Positions 1 through 13,700 of a stretch of DNA of 64,000 bases are shown one piece after another. The stretch is from Podarcis gaigeae (Eukaryota). Made by a program: the position numbers and the translations under genes. Position 1 is the first letter of the stretch. Every line of letters begins with the position of its first letter. Under the pieces are notes generated by a model. The model did not search any database. It was not told the DNA's origin and saw only the letters and a list, made by a program, of their open reading frames with translations. The stretch lies in NCBI GenBank assembly GCA_964106915.2, contig OZ066914.1. The stretch is one strand, 5' to 3'.

Positions 1-216
1 CTAAAATGATGCACAATATGGAGAAAGTAGACAACAATGATTTTGTACTCACTGTTTTTCAGCTAAATTTCCAGTTGCATTTTATCAGTTTAAACTGCCC
101 AGAGAACATACGGTAGTTTCATCATTCTTATCTCTGTTTTATATACATTATAAAATGAAATAGCAATTATAATATTAATATTAAATGTTTTAATATTTAA
201 AGACTCGATTCTTAAT

Positions 217-260
217 ATGGTTACCAGGAAACAAGTCCATGGTTACCAGGAAACAAGTCC
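217..260 (+). repeat. Perfect 22-bp tandem duplication
   Basis: ATGGTTACCAGGAAACAAGTCC at 217..238 and 239..260. Confidence 0.95.
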
Positions 261-308
261 AAGCAACGAGGAGGTTTAGGAAAGGCAGAACAGAAGGCGA
301 CGGCTCAC

Positions 309-874
309 CTGAGCAGGAGGCAGTTCTCCAGCATGCCCCTCTTACGGCTCTCGTACAGCAGCCTCGCGCGCTTCCTCGCCGGGGCTTCGTGGGGCCGGGC
401 CTGCCAAGGCGGCAGAGGGATCTCCAGCAGATCCCGCCCGGAGTCGGAGGGAGAGTCCCCGCGGTAGCAGCACTTGGACGAGCGGAGGACGCAGGCAGGG
501 AGCAGAAAGAGGCGCTGCGAGACAAACAGGCAGGGAAACGGCGTCAGGCAACCAAGGGCAGCAGCAGCAGCAGCGTCCGACCCACCACTCCGTTACTACG
601 CGAACGCGCCGGAGCCCCTGCTGGTGCGACGGTTAGGGAGTCGGACTAGGACTCGGGGAGGCCGTGACGCTCAGGGGGCCAGTGACCTTGGGGGCCAGTC
701 GCTGCCTCTTAATCTCAGCCTAGTCCACCTCGCAGGGTTGGTGTTGTGGGGCCAGGAAGCCTATGCGCTTCACCCTGAGCTCCTTGGAGGCGAAGCGGGG
801 GACACGAATTCAACAAATGCCTAGGTACATAACGTGCATCTCCCTTTACTCACGCGAACGCTCAGAGCCGCCAT
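309..874 (-). CDS. SDHAF2: Succinate dehydrogenase assembly factor 2, coding exons 1-2 (gene continues beyond the window start)
   Basis: Exon 854..874 (ATG at 874, MAALSVR, donor GTGAGT) splices in phase 0 to exon 309..514 (acceptor tctcgcAG). That exon reads [69 protein letters not shown], with donor GTGAG. It contains the Sdh5 motif [13 protein letters not shown], and the gene is head-to-head with CPSF7 as in human. Confidence 0.95.
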
Positions 875-1305
875 CCTGGTTTCCTCCGCAGCCGCTCTAC
901 CCTTCGTGGCCCACCATAGACACAGAGGCCGCTACGGAAGCCTCTCAGTTTCTCCACAACGCATGCGCCCTAAAGCCACTTCTCGGCCTCCCACGCCCGC
1001 TTCGGAAAAGCCGCCTACAGAGAGGGGCCTTTTCTGTTTTTGTTTACTCCTGCGAGAGGCGGCACAGCAACAGGCCGGAAGGGGCGGGCCTTGCGGAAGG
1101 GGCGGGTCTCGGCAGGGAGGAAGGGGCGGGGCAACGGGAGGAGGCGCTGGCTGTAGCGGTGAGAGGAGGAGGGGAGGAGGCGGCCGAGGACGAGGGGGGG
1201 TGGGGGTTCGCGCGCGCGTTTTGGGCCTGCCTGGGATTGCTAGGCCTTGAGCAGTATAACGGGCCCCGAGCGGCGCCGGGGAGGCGTCGGAGCTTCGTGG
1301 CCGGG
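875..1305. promoter_or_regulatory. Bidirectional CpG-island promoter shared by SDHAF2 and CPSF7
   Basis: GC/CpG-rich from about 300 to 1900. NRF1-like ACGCATGCGC at 959..968, tandem ETS+GC-box units (CGGAAGGGGCGGG twice, about 1076..1106) and another GC box near 1123. Probable non-coding CPSF7 exon 1 ends at 1305 (donor GTGAG); exon 2 acceptor cgcAG ends at 1665. Confidence 0.8.
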
Positions 1306-1722
1306 GTGAGCGCGGGGGAAGTGGGCAGCGGCGGCGGCGTGTCTCCGTCGCAGCGCGGGAAAAAGGAGGCGATGGCGGGCGCGAGCGTCCAGGCGCGCGC
1401 AGCTATGGCGGCCCGCGGAGGAGGGGAAGCGGGGAGGGAGGCGGGGGCGGCCCGGCTCTCGGGTTCTCCGCTGCCGGCGGAAGGTCCCGTCGTCCGAGTG
1501 GCACTGAGGCGGCGAGGGGGGCGGGGCCGCCTGCGCGGGATCCTCGGCGGAGCGGGGCTGCGCGGGAACGGGCCTGGGCTCTGCCGGCGGCGGCGGCCGC
1601 GTGAGGCGGCGATCTCACTAACCTGCGTCTCCTTCCCCCTTCTCTTTGCTCTGTGACCCCCGCAGTGCGGCTCTTTCTTCTCCCCCCACCCCCGGTTCTC
1701 TCGGCGGCTCCCCTGGAGAAAT

Positions 1723-4700
1723 ATGTCGGAAGGAGTGGACCTCATCGACATCTACGCCGACGAAGAGTTTAACCAGGTGAGCGCGGCTGCGGACCCCGCT
1801 GGGTGGGCGTAAGGGCTGCGCCACCGTCTCGGCGGGATGTGGAAGGGCGGCAGGTGAGCGCTAGAAGAAGAGGCGAACTCTCCACGAGCCCCGAAACTTC
1901 GGCCCGTGCTGAGGTCTCAAAAGAGAGGTTTGTCCTCAGGTGCGTTGTTAGGCTGCTGGAGCATCCTTTCCTTTCACGGTAGAAATACGAAAATCTCTGT
2001 AGAAGCAAATTCCGTTGTGTGAAAAGTTTGTTGAGTGAGAAGTGAATAGTGTTAAATCAGCGTTATAACTGGAGATTTCCTAATAAACTCCTCACATTTG
2101 CCAATTGGTGTGAATTGTTTTACTCTACAGGAAAGAAAACATCATGAACCAAATGAATGCATGTTGGAAGAAATGTTGAATCACTATTTGTGCGTGTGTG
2201 TTTTGGAATGTATGAAGTCTTCCTTTTAAAAAAAGAAATAGGAAGTTACAGCATGATAGAAATAGAAAGTAATAGCATGTTAGTCTACGTAGTCTCTCAA
2301 GTGAGAGGTGCCTTCCTGGAATCAAGTTAACATAACAGTTGAGGATGCTGAATCTTTTAGAAATATGTAACCTGGGTCAGTGAGCAGACCAAGATGGTTG
2401 GTACAGTAGCTCCTGCATATGTGATTTCAAGTTACATAGTATTCTGTCCCATTCGCCGCACCACATTGACACAAAAAAATTAAACATGGAAACTGACAGG
2501 CAATTACGCAGTTAATCACAGGCAGTACTAGCACCTTCATAGGAAAAGATCTTCAGTTTTGTGCACACATTGCCCACAGTATATATTCTTTATAGCCTAA
2601 AAAGTGAACAATTAAGTGATGTTAGGGGTGTAGGTAACAACAACTTTAGTCCACCTTACAGTTCTACATTTCATGCCTGCTTATACCTAATATTTTTTGT
2701 TACAATTATAAATTGGGTCATCTTAGTTATTGAAATGACTGTGTTTAATGGGAGAAAGAAGTGGGAAGACAGGATAACCTTTTCTGTCTGATGTATTAAC
2801 TTTGTGTGAGAGTGCATTGCACTAGAAATCAAATCTGGTTTGTGGTGTATATTATTCCCTATTGATTTCAATCCTCAAGTCTTGATTACTGTAGCACACT
2901 TTATGTGGGGCTACCCTTTATCTAGTCCGGAAGCTTCAATTTGTGCAGAATGCAGTGGCCAGACTGCTCAAAGGAGCAACATACTACTCTTCTGCTGAGG
3001 GAGCTGTTGTGGTTGCCTGTTTGTTTTCCTGCCTAGGTTCAAGGTACTTACCCTAAACAGTACAGGCCTTTGCCATACAATTTTTCTCTTTAATGATGTT
3101 TTATTGATGCTTTTTGCTGCTTTTATTTTTATATGCTGTTAACCACTTTGGTATATTTTGATGAAAGTGTGGATTATAAATACATAAATAAATAAATAGA
3201 AATAAACACCCACATGTGTTTTAAGTGTGTGTTTACGTATTACTTTAAATAGAATATTAAGAAGGCCGTGCAATTCCATAAGCAGTAGGACTGGAACCAA
3301 ACTTACACTGAACAGAATTATACTGTAACCACAGAAACATGGCAACCAGCAGCCAGTTTGTTCATAATAACTCCTTTAGTGGCATTGTTCAGTGGCAGAG
3401 CACAACAAACCACGCAGGAGGTCCCAAGAGCAGTCCCTGCCATCTCCAGATAGTGACTGACTGCTGTCTGAAGCCCTGGAGAACCTTTGCCAGTCAGTCT
3501 AGCAAATACTAAGCTATATGGACAGTGGTCTGACTTGCCTTAAACCAGCACCCGATATTCCTACAAACCTGGGCTGAGGAACGTATAGCTCCATATGCTT
3601 TAGGCCTCCCACTGCTACCTTCTATCCTGGGCCACATGGTTAGTGCTCAGGGATGGTGGGCATTGTAGTTAAGCACATCTGGGTGGGTCACAGGCTTCCT
3701 ACATGTGCAATACTCATAGTCCTTACTCCAGGTAAAGATAAAGCATATAGTTTATATTGCCAAGGTCCCAAGTTTGATCTTGCCACCTCCAAGCAGCAGC
3801 ATTTCATCTCCATTTTGTCCCATCCTTAACTCCTGGTCACACCCATTCTTTCCTGTTGATTTATTTACTACTATGCATAAGTTTCATTTCACAAGGGTTC
3901 TAGTTTATGCTCATTGTGTATCCCTGTATGTGGTTATAGCACTAGATTGATTGGTCTACAAGAGAGGATTAATACCTATATGTCAGCTTTTCTGTATCTT
4001 GGTTTGGAATGTGTAGGAACATTTCCTCTTTTGGGTTGACGTTAGGGGTGCCCAGTGCTAATTCCCTCCAATGTCAGGTGTACATTCAGGTGTATTCATG
4101 TACATGCCATCTTGCATTCACAACTAGTGCAAAGGCACTTCACTGTTTTCAGTAATTTTGAATATATGAATGCTGGTGAAGTTGTTGCAACATCACACAG
4201 GGTTTCTGCTGCTGCACTAATTGTTTTTTCTGACTGCATGGCTCTAGGTAATGACCACATTTCATCTCTGGGAGCATTGGATGGATGGATGCTTGTCTCT
4301 GGAAGGCATGGGGTGTATGTTAAATGTTCCACTTGATCTGGGAAAATTTATTGTATTCTGCCTATAGTACCCCATTTTTAAATATTCTGTTCCCTATCAA
4401 GAGTAAAAGAAGTATAATACGAGTATGTAATGAATTAATTTTATCTATAAGAGGTTTTCATATTTCTACAATAGTTTTCTAGAGTAAAGGATTGTTCTTG
4501 TAAACTTGGTAATCTGTTCTGGCGAAGGTGTTCTACCCTGAAAAAGTTTTAATTACAACAAATCACTGGTGTAGATGACACCATTATAGCTTTCAGACAA
4601 ATATGTTTTATATATTTATTTGGAATTCCTAGTTGTGGCAAGAGAAGAAACATAAAATATATTGAGGACCAAATCCTCTTGTTCAGGTATTGGTTACATA

Positions 4701-7700
4701 ATTTAAAAACTTTATATGACTTTTGTGCACATTCATTGTGTGTGCTATGTCTATTTCCTGTAGTATTTCTGCCTACCATACACTTCATTCTGTATACCTT
4801 TAGCCACTCCTCTTTAATGCGTGCTTACCCAGTCTTCACCCATATTGGCTTATTCCCCAGTGGATAGATTTAGGTCACATTCACAGCATACTTTTAAAGT
4901 ACTGTGATACCACTTTAAACTGTCATGGCTTCTCCCAAAGAATTCTGGGAGCTGTCGTTTATTAAGCATGCTGAGAATTGTTAGGAAATCCCCATTCCCC
5001 TCACAGAGCTACCACAGTTCCCACAGTGGTTTAACAATCAGCCCCTCTGCATAGGGAACTCTAGGAATTGAAGTTATGGGAGGGGAATAAGAGTCTCCTA
5101 ACAACTTTCAGCACACCAAGAGTGCTTTAAATGTATGATTTGAATGTGACCTTATCAGTGTACACGGCGAGAAAGAAAGAACAGTATTTATAGGCCTATA
5201 GTTGCTTCTTCATCATGTATTGCCAATGATGTCGTCAGCCACACTTGATCTGTTGCAGGATAAGAAGAATAGTGAAAATGTACTCCCCATTTCTTCACTG
5301 TATACATGGATGGAGCTCCCCTGGAGGCAGTGGGGGGGGGGCGTACTCTGGCTGTGGATAGCAACTTCAACTTGGATGGTGGTGTTTTGTGGTGGGGTAC
5401 AGTATTTGCTACTATGTATGGCTTATTCCCCACACTGCTTACCTTTCATGGGAACCTGCTTACTAGTGTGCATCTCCTTTTGTAAGTACAGGAGTTGAAC
5501 GTCTTAGCTGTTTGTGTACTGAGCAATGAGACAGGCTGCTTCTGGAGAGCCTGAAAACATAGTAAACATTGGACACCTGCCCTTTCTTCCTTTCTTTTTC
5601 TTATTTGAATCTCACCCATAGCCATGGTTGTGACATCTCTGGCTGCTACACAAGTGCAGAGTTGCACCACCACAATGGTTTTGACAGATGTGAGCTAGGT
5701 GCAGGTGTAAATGTTCCATTTGTGTAGCAGTAGGGCTCCTTTCCATGGTGCAAAACTTGTCGGTTATCACGTGTTTTTCCCACTATGGATAGCAGGGAAC
5801 TGTCTTCACATTAGATGCTGAATTCCCAGTTCATGATCTGCCCTACCAGTCTGATCAGGTTGTGTGCATAGAGCTCATATTTTTTAATACATGTATTTCA
5901 GAATAGTTTATGTACTGAGTCTTGTTACGTGTTTGGTGTGTGGCACCTTGTGATTCCATGTGCTTGTTCAAGAGTATGATGATTAGCTATGCTCTTTTTT
6001 TCAGTTGGGGCTGTACCTGAACCTCGGCTTGAGGAACATGGGAAGCTGCCTTATACTAAATCAGACCATTTGTCTCTGTAGCTCAGTATTGTCTACAGTG
6101 ACTGGCAGTGGCTCTCTGAATTTTCAGATAAGGGTATCTCCCAGCCCTATCTGGTATGCCAGGGATTGACCTTCTGCATGCAGTGCTGATGCTCTACCTT
6201 TCAGCTATGGCCCAGTCCCAGATCCTCTCTGGAGTGGGTTCTGATGTAATGGATGCTGCTGCCCATGTTATTTCCCCTTGTTTAAGAGTAACTTGGTTCC
6301 CATAGCTTTTCAATGGGTTGTCTTTATATGCTAGCCATTTCATTTCAGAGTTCTGTCCCTGTGTGTTTTGGCAGGAGGGTTATTCATGCTTGTCTAACGG
6401 TGGAGGGTGTGTGCTGTTTCCTATGAGGTAGTATGATGGTTATCAATGTACACTCATGGTCCTTGGATAGAATGCTAATGAGCAACATATTTTTTCCATT
6501 AGTTTCCTTTTCTTCCTTCTTAGCAGCATTAGCAGCACACCACAACTTCACTAGTGCAGTAGTATTACATGGATGTGGGAATACACCTTTGGACCCAGAG
6601 ATGCAAAAGTTGCCTGCAAGCTTTCTTGTCCATAAGAGAATCCACTGAAGAACTAGAGAAGACATGACTAAATAACAAGAACAATTGGACCAAGAGCCTG
6701 TGAGCTTACTGTATGTAGGGATTCATCTGGAGGCCTTTGTCAACTTAGAGCCTTTTCAGTAGTGGCACACACCTTATTAAATACCTTACCCAATGAGATT
6801 GTTTTTAAGTAGCAGGCAATAACATGACTGTTTAAGAAGACTTTTGACTGCCTTCTCCCCACTCTCAGTTTAATTTGTTTAATGTTGTGCCCTTATGTGA
6901 TTTTCAGGAATTACTTATCTTCTTCAACCTGGCATGTTAACAATTGCTCATTACCACTATTTTTTAGAATTCCTGCTCTTTTATGTTTTTACATTGTATG
7001 AAACTTTGTTTTGGAAACCACCCTGATTCAATTTCCCCCCCTTAAAGGCAGGACATAGGTTTTTACAATAAATTAATTGTAAATTACAATAAATAAATTG
7101 AGCCAATAATTTAGCACTGTGTTCTAGGATAAAGTTTTGGAAATGGAAATCTTAATGTATGGAAGTAGGCTAAAGATTTGATCAAAGTTTCAGCAAACTA
7201 TTTGTTTCCTCTGCAGATTCAGAGTGCAAACAAGAATGTGTTGCAAATGCAGCTTCATGAAAAATACACATTGTAGAGAATTCAAAGCCTCTGTGCCATG
7301 CAAAAGTAAAGAAGCACATACTGTGGCTTGCGTCCAGAGTTCCTGCAGCCAGAACTTCACTCAATCTGTGCTCCCATTGGAGGAAAGGAAAAGCAATCTC
7401 CACTGATGCTTCCTGCCCCCTGAAAAATTCTCTGAGGCGAGGGTGTTGAGGAAGATCCTTTGGAACCGCATGGGAGGTAGCAGGAGGAGGAAATCAGCAA
7501 AAATGGCCATCTTGGCCTCCCTCCAGCAGGAGCCATTCCTTCCACAAATGAAGGGAAACTCTTGATGAAGCCTCGTGCATTTAAATTTTGAAGAAAAGGG
7601 TCGGGCTTTCCATGGAATTGAGCTTTACTCTGATTGTAAAAAGAAATAAGATAGTCATATTTCAAATTTGAAAAGGGTCCAAAGTAATGAAAAGCAAAGT

Positions 7701-10700
7701 ATGAAGCCGGTGAAATTCCAGCTGCATATTTCCTATACAGAGCTTTTTCTTACTCCAAAGGTTTTAAAACTCACTCTACAAAATGTCTTAACAGTTCCTG
7801 ATTCACTTGGAAGTACTAGGGTGTAGGGGTAAAACAAAAATTGACCCCAAATCTTTTCCTATACTGCTAAAAAAGAAATTGTATGCTGTTGTGTCTTTGG
7901 AATACCAATTGCATCTAATGGTCTTGATTCACTTTTTCAAGTTCCAATAAATATTGTTTGGCAAAAAAGAAAAAAATTGAGAGCCATCTAGGATGCAGGG
8001 AGAAACTGTGTAAATCATCAATTCTCTATTTGTGGAATTAGAAATGAATAAACTCTGGAATTCCCTCTTGCCTTGAAAAGGTGGATATCAGCATTGTAGT
8101 ATCAAAAGAATGCAGTTTGAGTCTGAAGAGACACAACATGTAGCACTGTCTCCTTGGGAACCGTGGCCAGTGGAAAGAGAATCTCTAGGTGTTGTGGGGA
8201 AGTTACTGAAAATAAATAGGTCTGTATAATTTATTGAGACTATACTGTATTGTGTGTAGGGAAGAACTCTTGTGTCAGGCCTATTGCATGGTTCAAAAAC
8301 TGCCCAGAAATACAGCAAATAAAATAAAAGCTGTTAACTATTTGAGACATGACCAGATAACCAAGAGTGTGCAGGTCTTGCTCACATGATGCTTGCAAAC
8401 ACATTTAACATGATCTTTGGAAGGTTTCAATAGCATCATCAACAGCCACTACCCTTGTTCCTGATGATAAGTCATCAGGAAACTACTTTGTAGTATATGT
8501 GTGGGTGGTGTTGCTGGATATGCACTGTTTTCTCCTCCCCTGTAGCTTATGTGATTCTGCCCTAGGTTCCTGGAGGCTATTGAGGACATTGATGGTGTGG
8601 GCTTTTCATTGCCTTGCAATGGCAGTCAGTATTTGCTACAAGGCTAGGGTGGTTTTGTGCCCCTACTGTCTTAGTTTAGTTGAAAGTGAGTAGTATCACA
8701 AGCTGTACTGTGGTCTTTACTGAGGAAATCTAAATATATTTTTCTTGATGTCAGAAAGCTAACAGTAAGTAAGTTTCCAATCTTCTGCTTTGGCAGATTT
8801 AAGAGGTATCCTAAAAATAGAATTAAGTGCTGATAGCTTGAAAATGTTGAAGTGACTTGATTTTCCTATCACCCTTTAATACAGTGGTACCTCGCAAGAC
8901 GAAATTAATTCATTCTGTGAGATTATTCGTCTTGCGAAGCACAGATGCACCCTGGTATTAATGGTTTTAAGAAAAAGGAAACAAACTTGCAAGACGTTTT
9001 GTCTTGCAAAGCAAGCCCATAGGGAAAATCGTCTTGTGAAGCAACTCAAAAAACGAAAAACTCTTTCGTCTTGCAAGTTTTTCATCTTCCGAGGCATTCG
9101 TCCTGCGAGGTACCGCTGTATCATTGCTGTTCTTAATTGATAACATTTTGTTAGTAGTAACTTTTCTTTTTCTTATGTGTAATATCCATTCCTTATTGCG
9201 GATTTGTCTCGTACTACTATGTAAAACTATTTCTACTGCTAGTAAGTTTTTCGTAGCATGTACTACTTTCTACTTGAAGACTTCCCAGTATTTGACTTTA
9301 TAAAGATTGCTTGAAGCAGGAGCTGCTGCTATGTTTAAAATGGTCTGAAACACCCAAGTTTCTTTTATTCTAGATAATTGGAATGTAACAAGCATATCAC
9401 TAGTTCTATGAAACCAACAAATGGTTGTGACCTGCATCCCAATATATTGACTTTAATCCAATTTAGCATACTCATGCTAAAGCCCATTGAAAACTATGTA
9501 ACAGGCTAATTGCAATTAAAAGTTTGATTCATTTCAGCGGAGTTAAGCACATCCATCTGAAATTAAGACAGTGACCATGATTCAGTACATGCCAGAATTC
9601 TGATGTTCTTGATAACATATGATAAATAGTTGAATTCAAACCCATAACAAATGCTAGAATTTGATTGTTTATATCCTGCATGAGTTTTTGCAGTCTTGCT
9701 AGTTTAAAACATTGAAGAATCCTTCCGGTGGAAAGCCATACTTTACAATAATCTGTGAATTACAGTAATAGTAACGTGTATTTGTTTTATTTATTCAATC
9801 TATTAGTTGCTTTTTTACCAGAGAAACACAAAGCGACTTTGAGTATATAAACAGACACACACATTAAAACTGGCATAAAGGAAAAGAGGAAAAAATCTGA
9901 AAAATAACCCTGTTTTTAAAAGGCAGTACAAGCTTTATGTTCTAACTGCTGCTGTGTATACAAATTGGGCCAGATTATGTTGCATGGGAAGATGAAAATT
10001 TTATATACCACTCTACATAATACTGGATTTCATATATATAGAGAGAGGGAGAGAGAGAGTGTGTTTAGTCGTTTATATCCCATTGTTACTGCATTCCATC
10101 TTCTAGATAACTTTAGGCTGATAGGAATTATACATGTGTGTGCATAATGTGCATATTCATGTATTAGAATTTTTTTACAGTGCATTTTTTTAGCTAGCAA
10201 AGTATTGCAGTGTGAATCACAGAAGACTGTAACTACATTTTCAGAAGACCAGTGAAATATCATTAGAGTTTCATTATAATTGTTTGCTTCTGATAGTGAT
10301 TCTTTAAATGTTGTGAGGATGAAATAGTACTGCATGATACCTAACTCCTCTGAAGAAAAATGTAGAGGCTGATTTCTAGTGGAGTTCAGTATAAATCTTG
10401 ACACAACCTGATCACCTTTCATGAACAGCCTGCAACATGATACTGCTCAAATAATCCAAAATAGGGAAAGAAACCAAGAGGCCTTTCTGCCAAGTTGAGT
10501 GGCCTCTTATAGAGGTTGGTGGTTATGCTATATGTGATAGTCTCCTTCACTGCATATATGCAACAAGGAAATACCGCTCATTGGAGCAGTGAGGAAAATG
10601 TGGTGGGTCTGCACACAGTGTAGATTGGGGGAGGGGAGATGTAAAAATGTGGATCGATTACCCAGTCCTCCACAAAGAATGGAGAGGCAAAACGTCTTGT

Positions 10701-13700
10701 GCAGTAATAGATGGCAATGAAACATGCATTCTCCTCATCTCAGAGAAAATGATGGGGAGCTTGGGGCTACATGAAATAGCTAGTCCTACTATACTCTTTG
10801 CTCTTCCTTGCAACTAGCAAAAAGAGCATGCTTCTTTTTGAGAAGCAGGTTTTACGTTATTACTTAAATTCTAGAAAATTATTATTTGATATAGGTGTGC
10901 TGCTATTCTGTTACGACAAGAACTAATGTGGAGAATTGGCCCTCCTTTGCCTCTGCGTGTGCTCAGTGATATCTTGTGTCTTCTAGGACTCTGAGTTTAG
11001 TAATGCTGACCAGATGGATCTATATGACGACGTGCTAGCTGCCAGCTCACAACCTTCTGAAAGTTGCCCTAGCAGCTCCGAGCCACCACCCGAAAACCGC
11101 CAAGAGCAGTCTCCTAAGCCAAACAGCAAATCACCTGCTATCCTGTATACCTACAGTGGGCTGCGTAATAAGAGGGCTGCTGTTTATGTAGGCAGCTTCT
11201 CTTGGGTGAGTGCGTTCCATAATCGGAGCAGAAAGTAAAGGGCCTAACAAAAACAAAACATTTGGGTGGAAAGGCTGCATCTGCACTTTAATCTTACTGC
11301 AGATGCACTGTTCTTTAATAGAGTACAGTATAGAGCCCCATGTGGGTGGGTAGGTTTTATGCTGCTTGCCAACCTCAGTCCTCACAACACATTGGATAAA
11401 TAACTAGAAGCATTGTTCGTTATGACACATTGCTCTGTTTAGGACATTTTTATCCTGCTTTTCTCACAAAGACTCAACAGTGGCTTCAAATAAATAAGCT
11501 ACAGCAACATAGTATTCCGTACTATGCTAAAAAGCAACACATCTCAGAGTTGGAGAATATGATGCTCTTGCATTAGCAGGGTAGCTTTTAAGAGAAGAGG
11601 ATTTAACACATTTAAGATACATCAGAAAATATGATAATAGTAGAATTGAGGCCCTTAAAACGCCATGATAGAGACATTTTCACAAAATTTTCTGTAGCTG
11701 GCATACAGGTATGAGAGTTTTCTCCTATGAATGAATCTCTTAGGACCTGAGTAATTCATATTGGGCCTGCTGTGTCATGATTTAGGGTGTGTAGACTGAT
11801 CACTGCCCTAAGTGCATGCAGTTCTCTTTAATACCTGTGGTATGTGTTGGGAAAGGGATTGCTGCTGCTGCTCTTTCAATTACGTAGGTCTGTCTAGAAC
11901 TTTCATCTTCTAGGAAGATACATGTTCACACATGTACGTGCTCACACATCTGCAGCTCCAAAAGTGACTGTAGTGGGAGGGGTTTAATCAAATGTTCCTT
12001 CATTAGACTATACCAGGAACAGTATAGGAGCTTGAGAAGGATGAGTTCTCTTACTAATATAAGATGATGTGGGTTCTCTAAAAGGTTTCAGGTTATAATG
12101 TAATTTTCTGCTTCTTCATACATAGTGGACAACTGACCAGCAGCTGACCCGAATAATCCGTTCTGTGGGTGTTTATGATGTGGTGGAACTCAAGTTTGCT
12201 GAGAACAGAGCCAATGGCCAGTCCAAAGGGTGAGCACTCCAAGACTGCTTCATAAAAGGGCCCATCATGCGGGGCTTTTATTGTGGGAGGAACGATCTAG
12301 GGACCAGTGTGGTTGATAATGGTGTGCACATAAGTCTGGTTTTCTTGCTATTTTTTTAAGGTGGCCTTAGAAGTCCCTGTAACTGTCCGGTTTGGATGCC
12401 ACGGCCTTCAAACTAAATGACTACTTGTTATATGTGATTCACGAAGGCGGTGGGCTCTGTCCATTTCTGCAAGCGATCCCTTGTCAATGTGCTATTGGTT
12501 GCTGCTCTTAATGCAGCTTTAATTTGGAGGGCATGGAGCTGAAAATTCTGCACTGTTAATGACACTGTGCGTGTGGACAGCGGGGTTGGCCTGAGAAATC
12601 AATCAAATTGGGAATGAGAGAACCTTGGGCCTGTGGGCCACATCTGGCCGTCAGAGGATTCCCATCCAGCCTCCACAGCCTCTTGTTCTTGGCTCCTGGG
12701 CTGGCTGTGGAGGGCAGTGTTAGAAACTGGGATAGGAATACTAGGAGCCATGTGAGTGCCAAACCAAAATGTGTAGTGGGCCATTTTTATTGCTCCCCAC
12801 CACCACCAGACCAGGCAGCCCCACCAATAAAAATTAAAATTGCTGCTGGGTGACTCAGGAGGTCTGCAGTGTAGTGTGGCAACAAAATACAAGTCTTTTG
12901 CTACCTCTCTACCCTGCCAAACACCTAGGTCACCTGGCAGCGGGGCAGCAGCAGCAAAAAACAAAGACAGATGGAGATGCTAGGCACCAAAAGTGGCGCC
13001 TGGACATCATCAAGTTGCAAAAGGCCAATTGCAAAATGTGACTGGTGCCCGCTAATTTCAAACCCTGGTGGAGCGAGCTCTCTGTCTCCCAAGCTATCAC
13101 AGAAGTGCAGCAGATTGGAGGCACAGGAACTTCATCTGGATAAGTACTGCAGTGGGAGATAAAGGGATGAAACCCCTTGCCGGAGGGGGGCACTCACATA
13201 GGAACAAATGGGAGGTTTTCCCTCAATGCATCTGTGTGTATGCGAGAGAGATAAATGCAATGAATGGTGTGAGCTCATATGTGTGAGCAGATGAGGATGG
13301 GCGGGGGTGAGAGAGGGAGTGGTGTGGCCCTGTCTAATTTTTCCTCCCGTCCCACCCACCAATGCTATATAGCAGTGACATTTTGTAGACCTTGGGTGGG
13401 GGAAGATTTCTTGTCTTGGATTAGATGGTTTTCCTTACTAGAAGTTGCTGACAGTCTTCAGTTCTTTTTCCTCTGTGACCAGGTATGCAGAAGTGGTGGT
13501 TGCCTCTGAGAACTCCGTCCACAAACTTCTGGAGCTGCTACCAGGGAAGATTCTCAATGGAGATAAAGTGGAAGTGAAGTTGGCTACCCGGCAGAACCTT
13601 GCACAGTTTGAGGCTCAGGCTCGAAAAAGTAAGTTTAGATGGGGGTTGCGTTTGCTAAGTAGGGAACAAGGCAGAAATACAGGGCATTGGTTAGGTCTTA

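Noticed and set aside
763-1751. Long ORFs of 297 aa (+) and 235 aa (-), and neighbours
   Set aside because: Arg/Gly/Pro-rich by-products of the stop-poor CpG island; no recognisable domain, and they overlap real promoter and exon structure.
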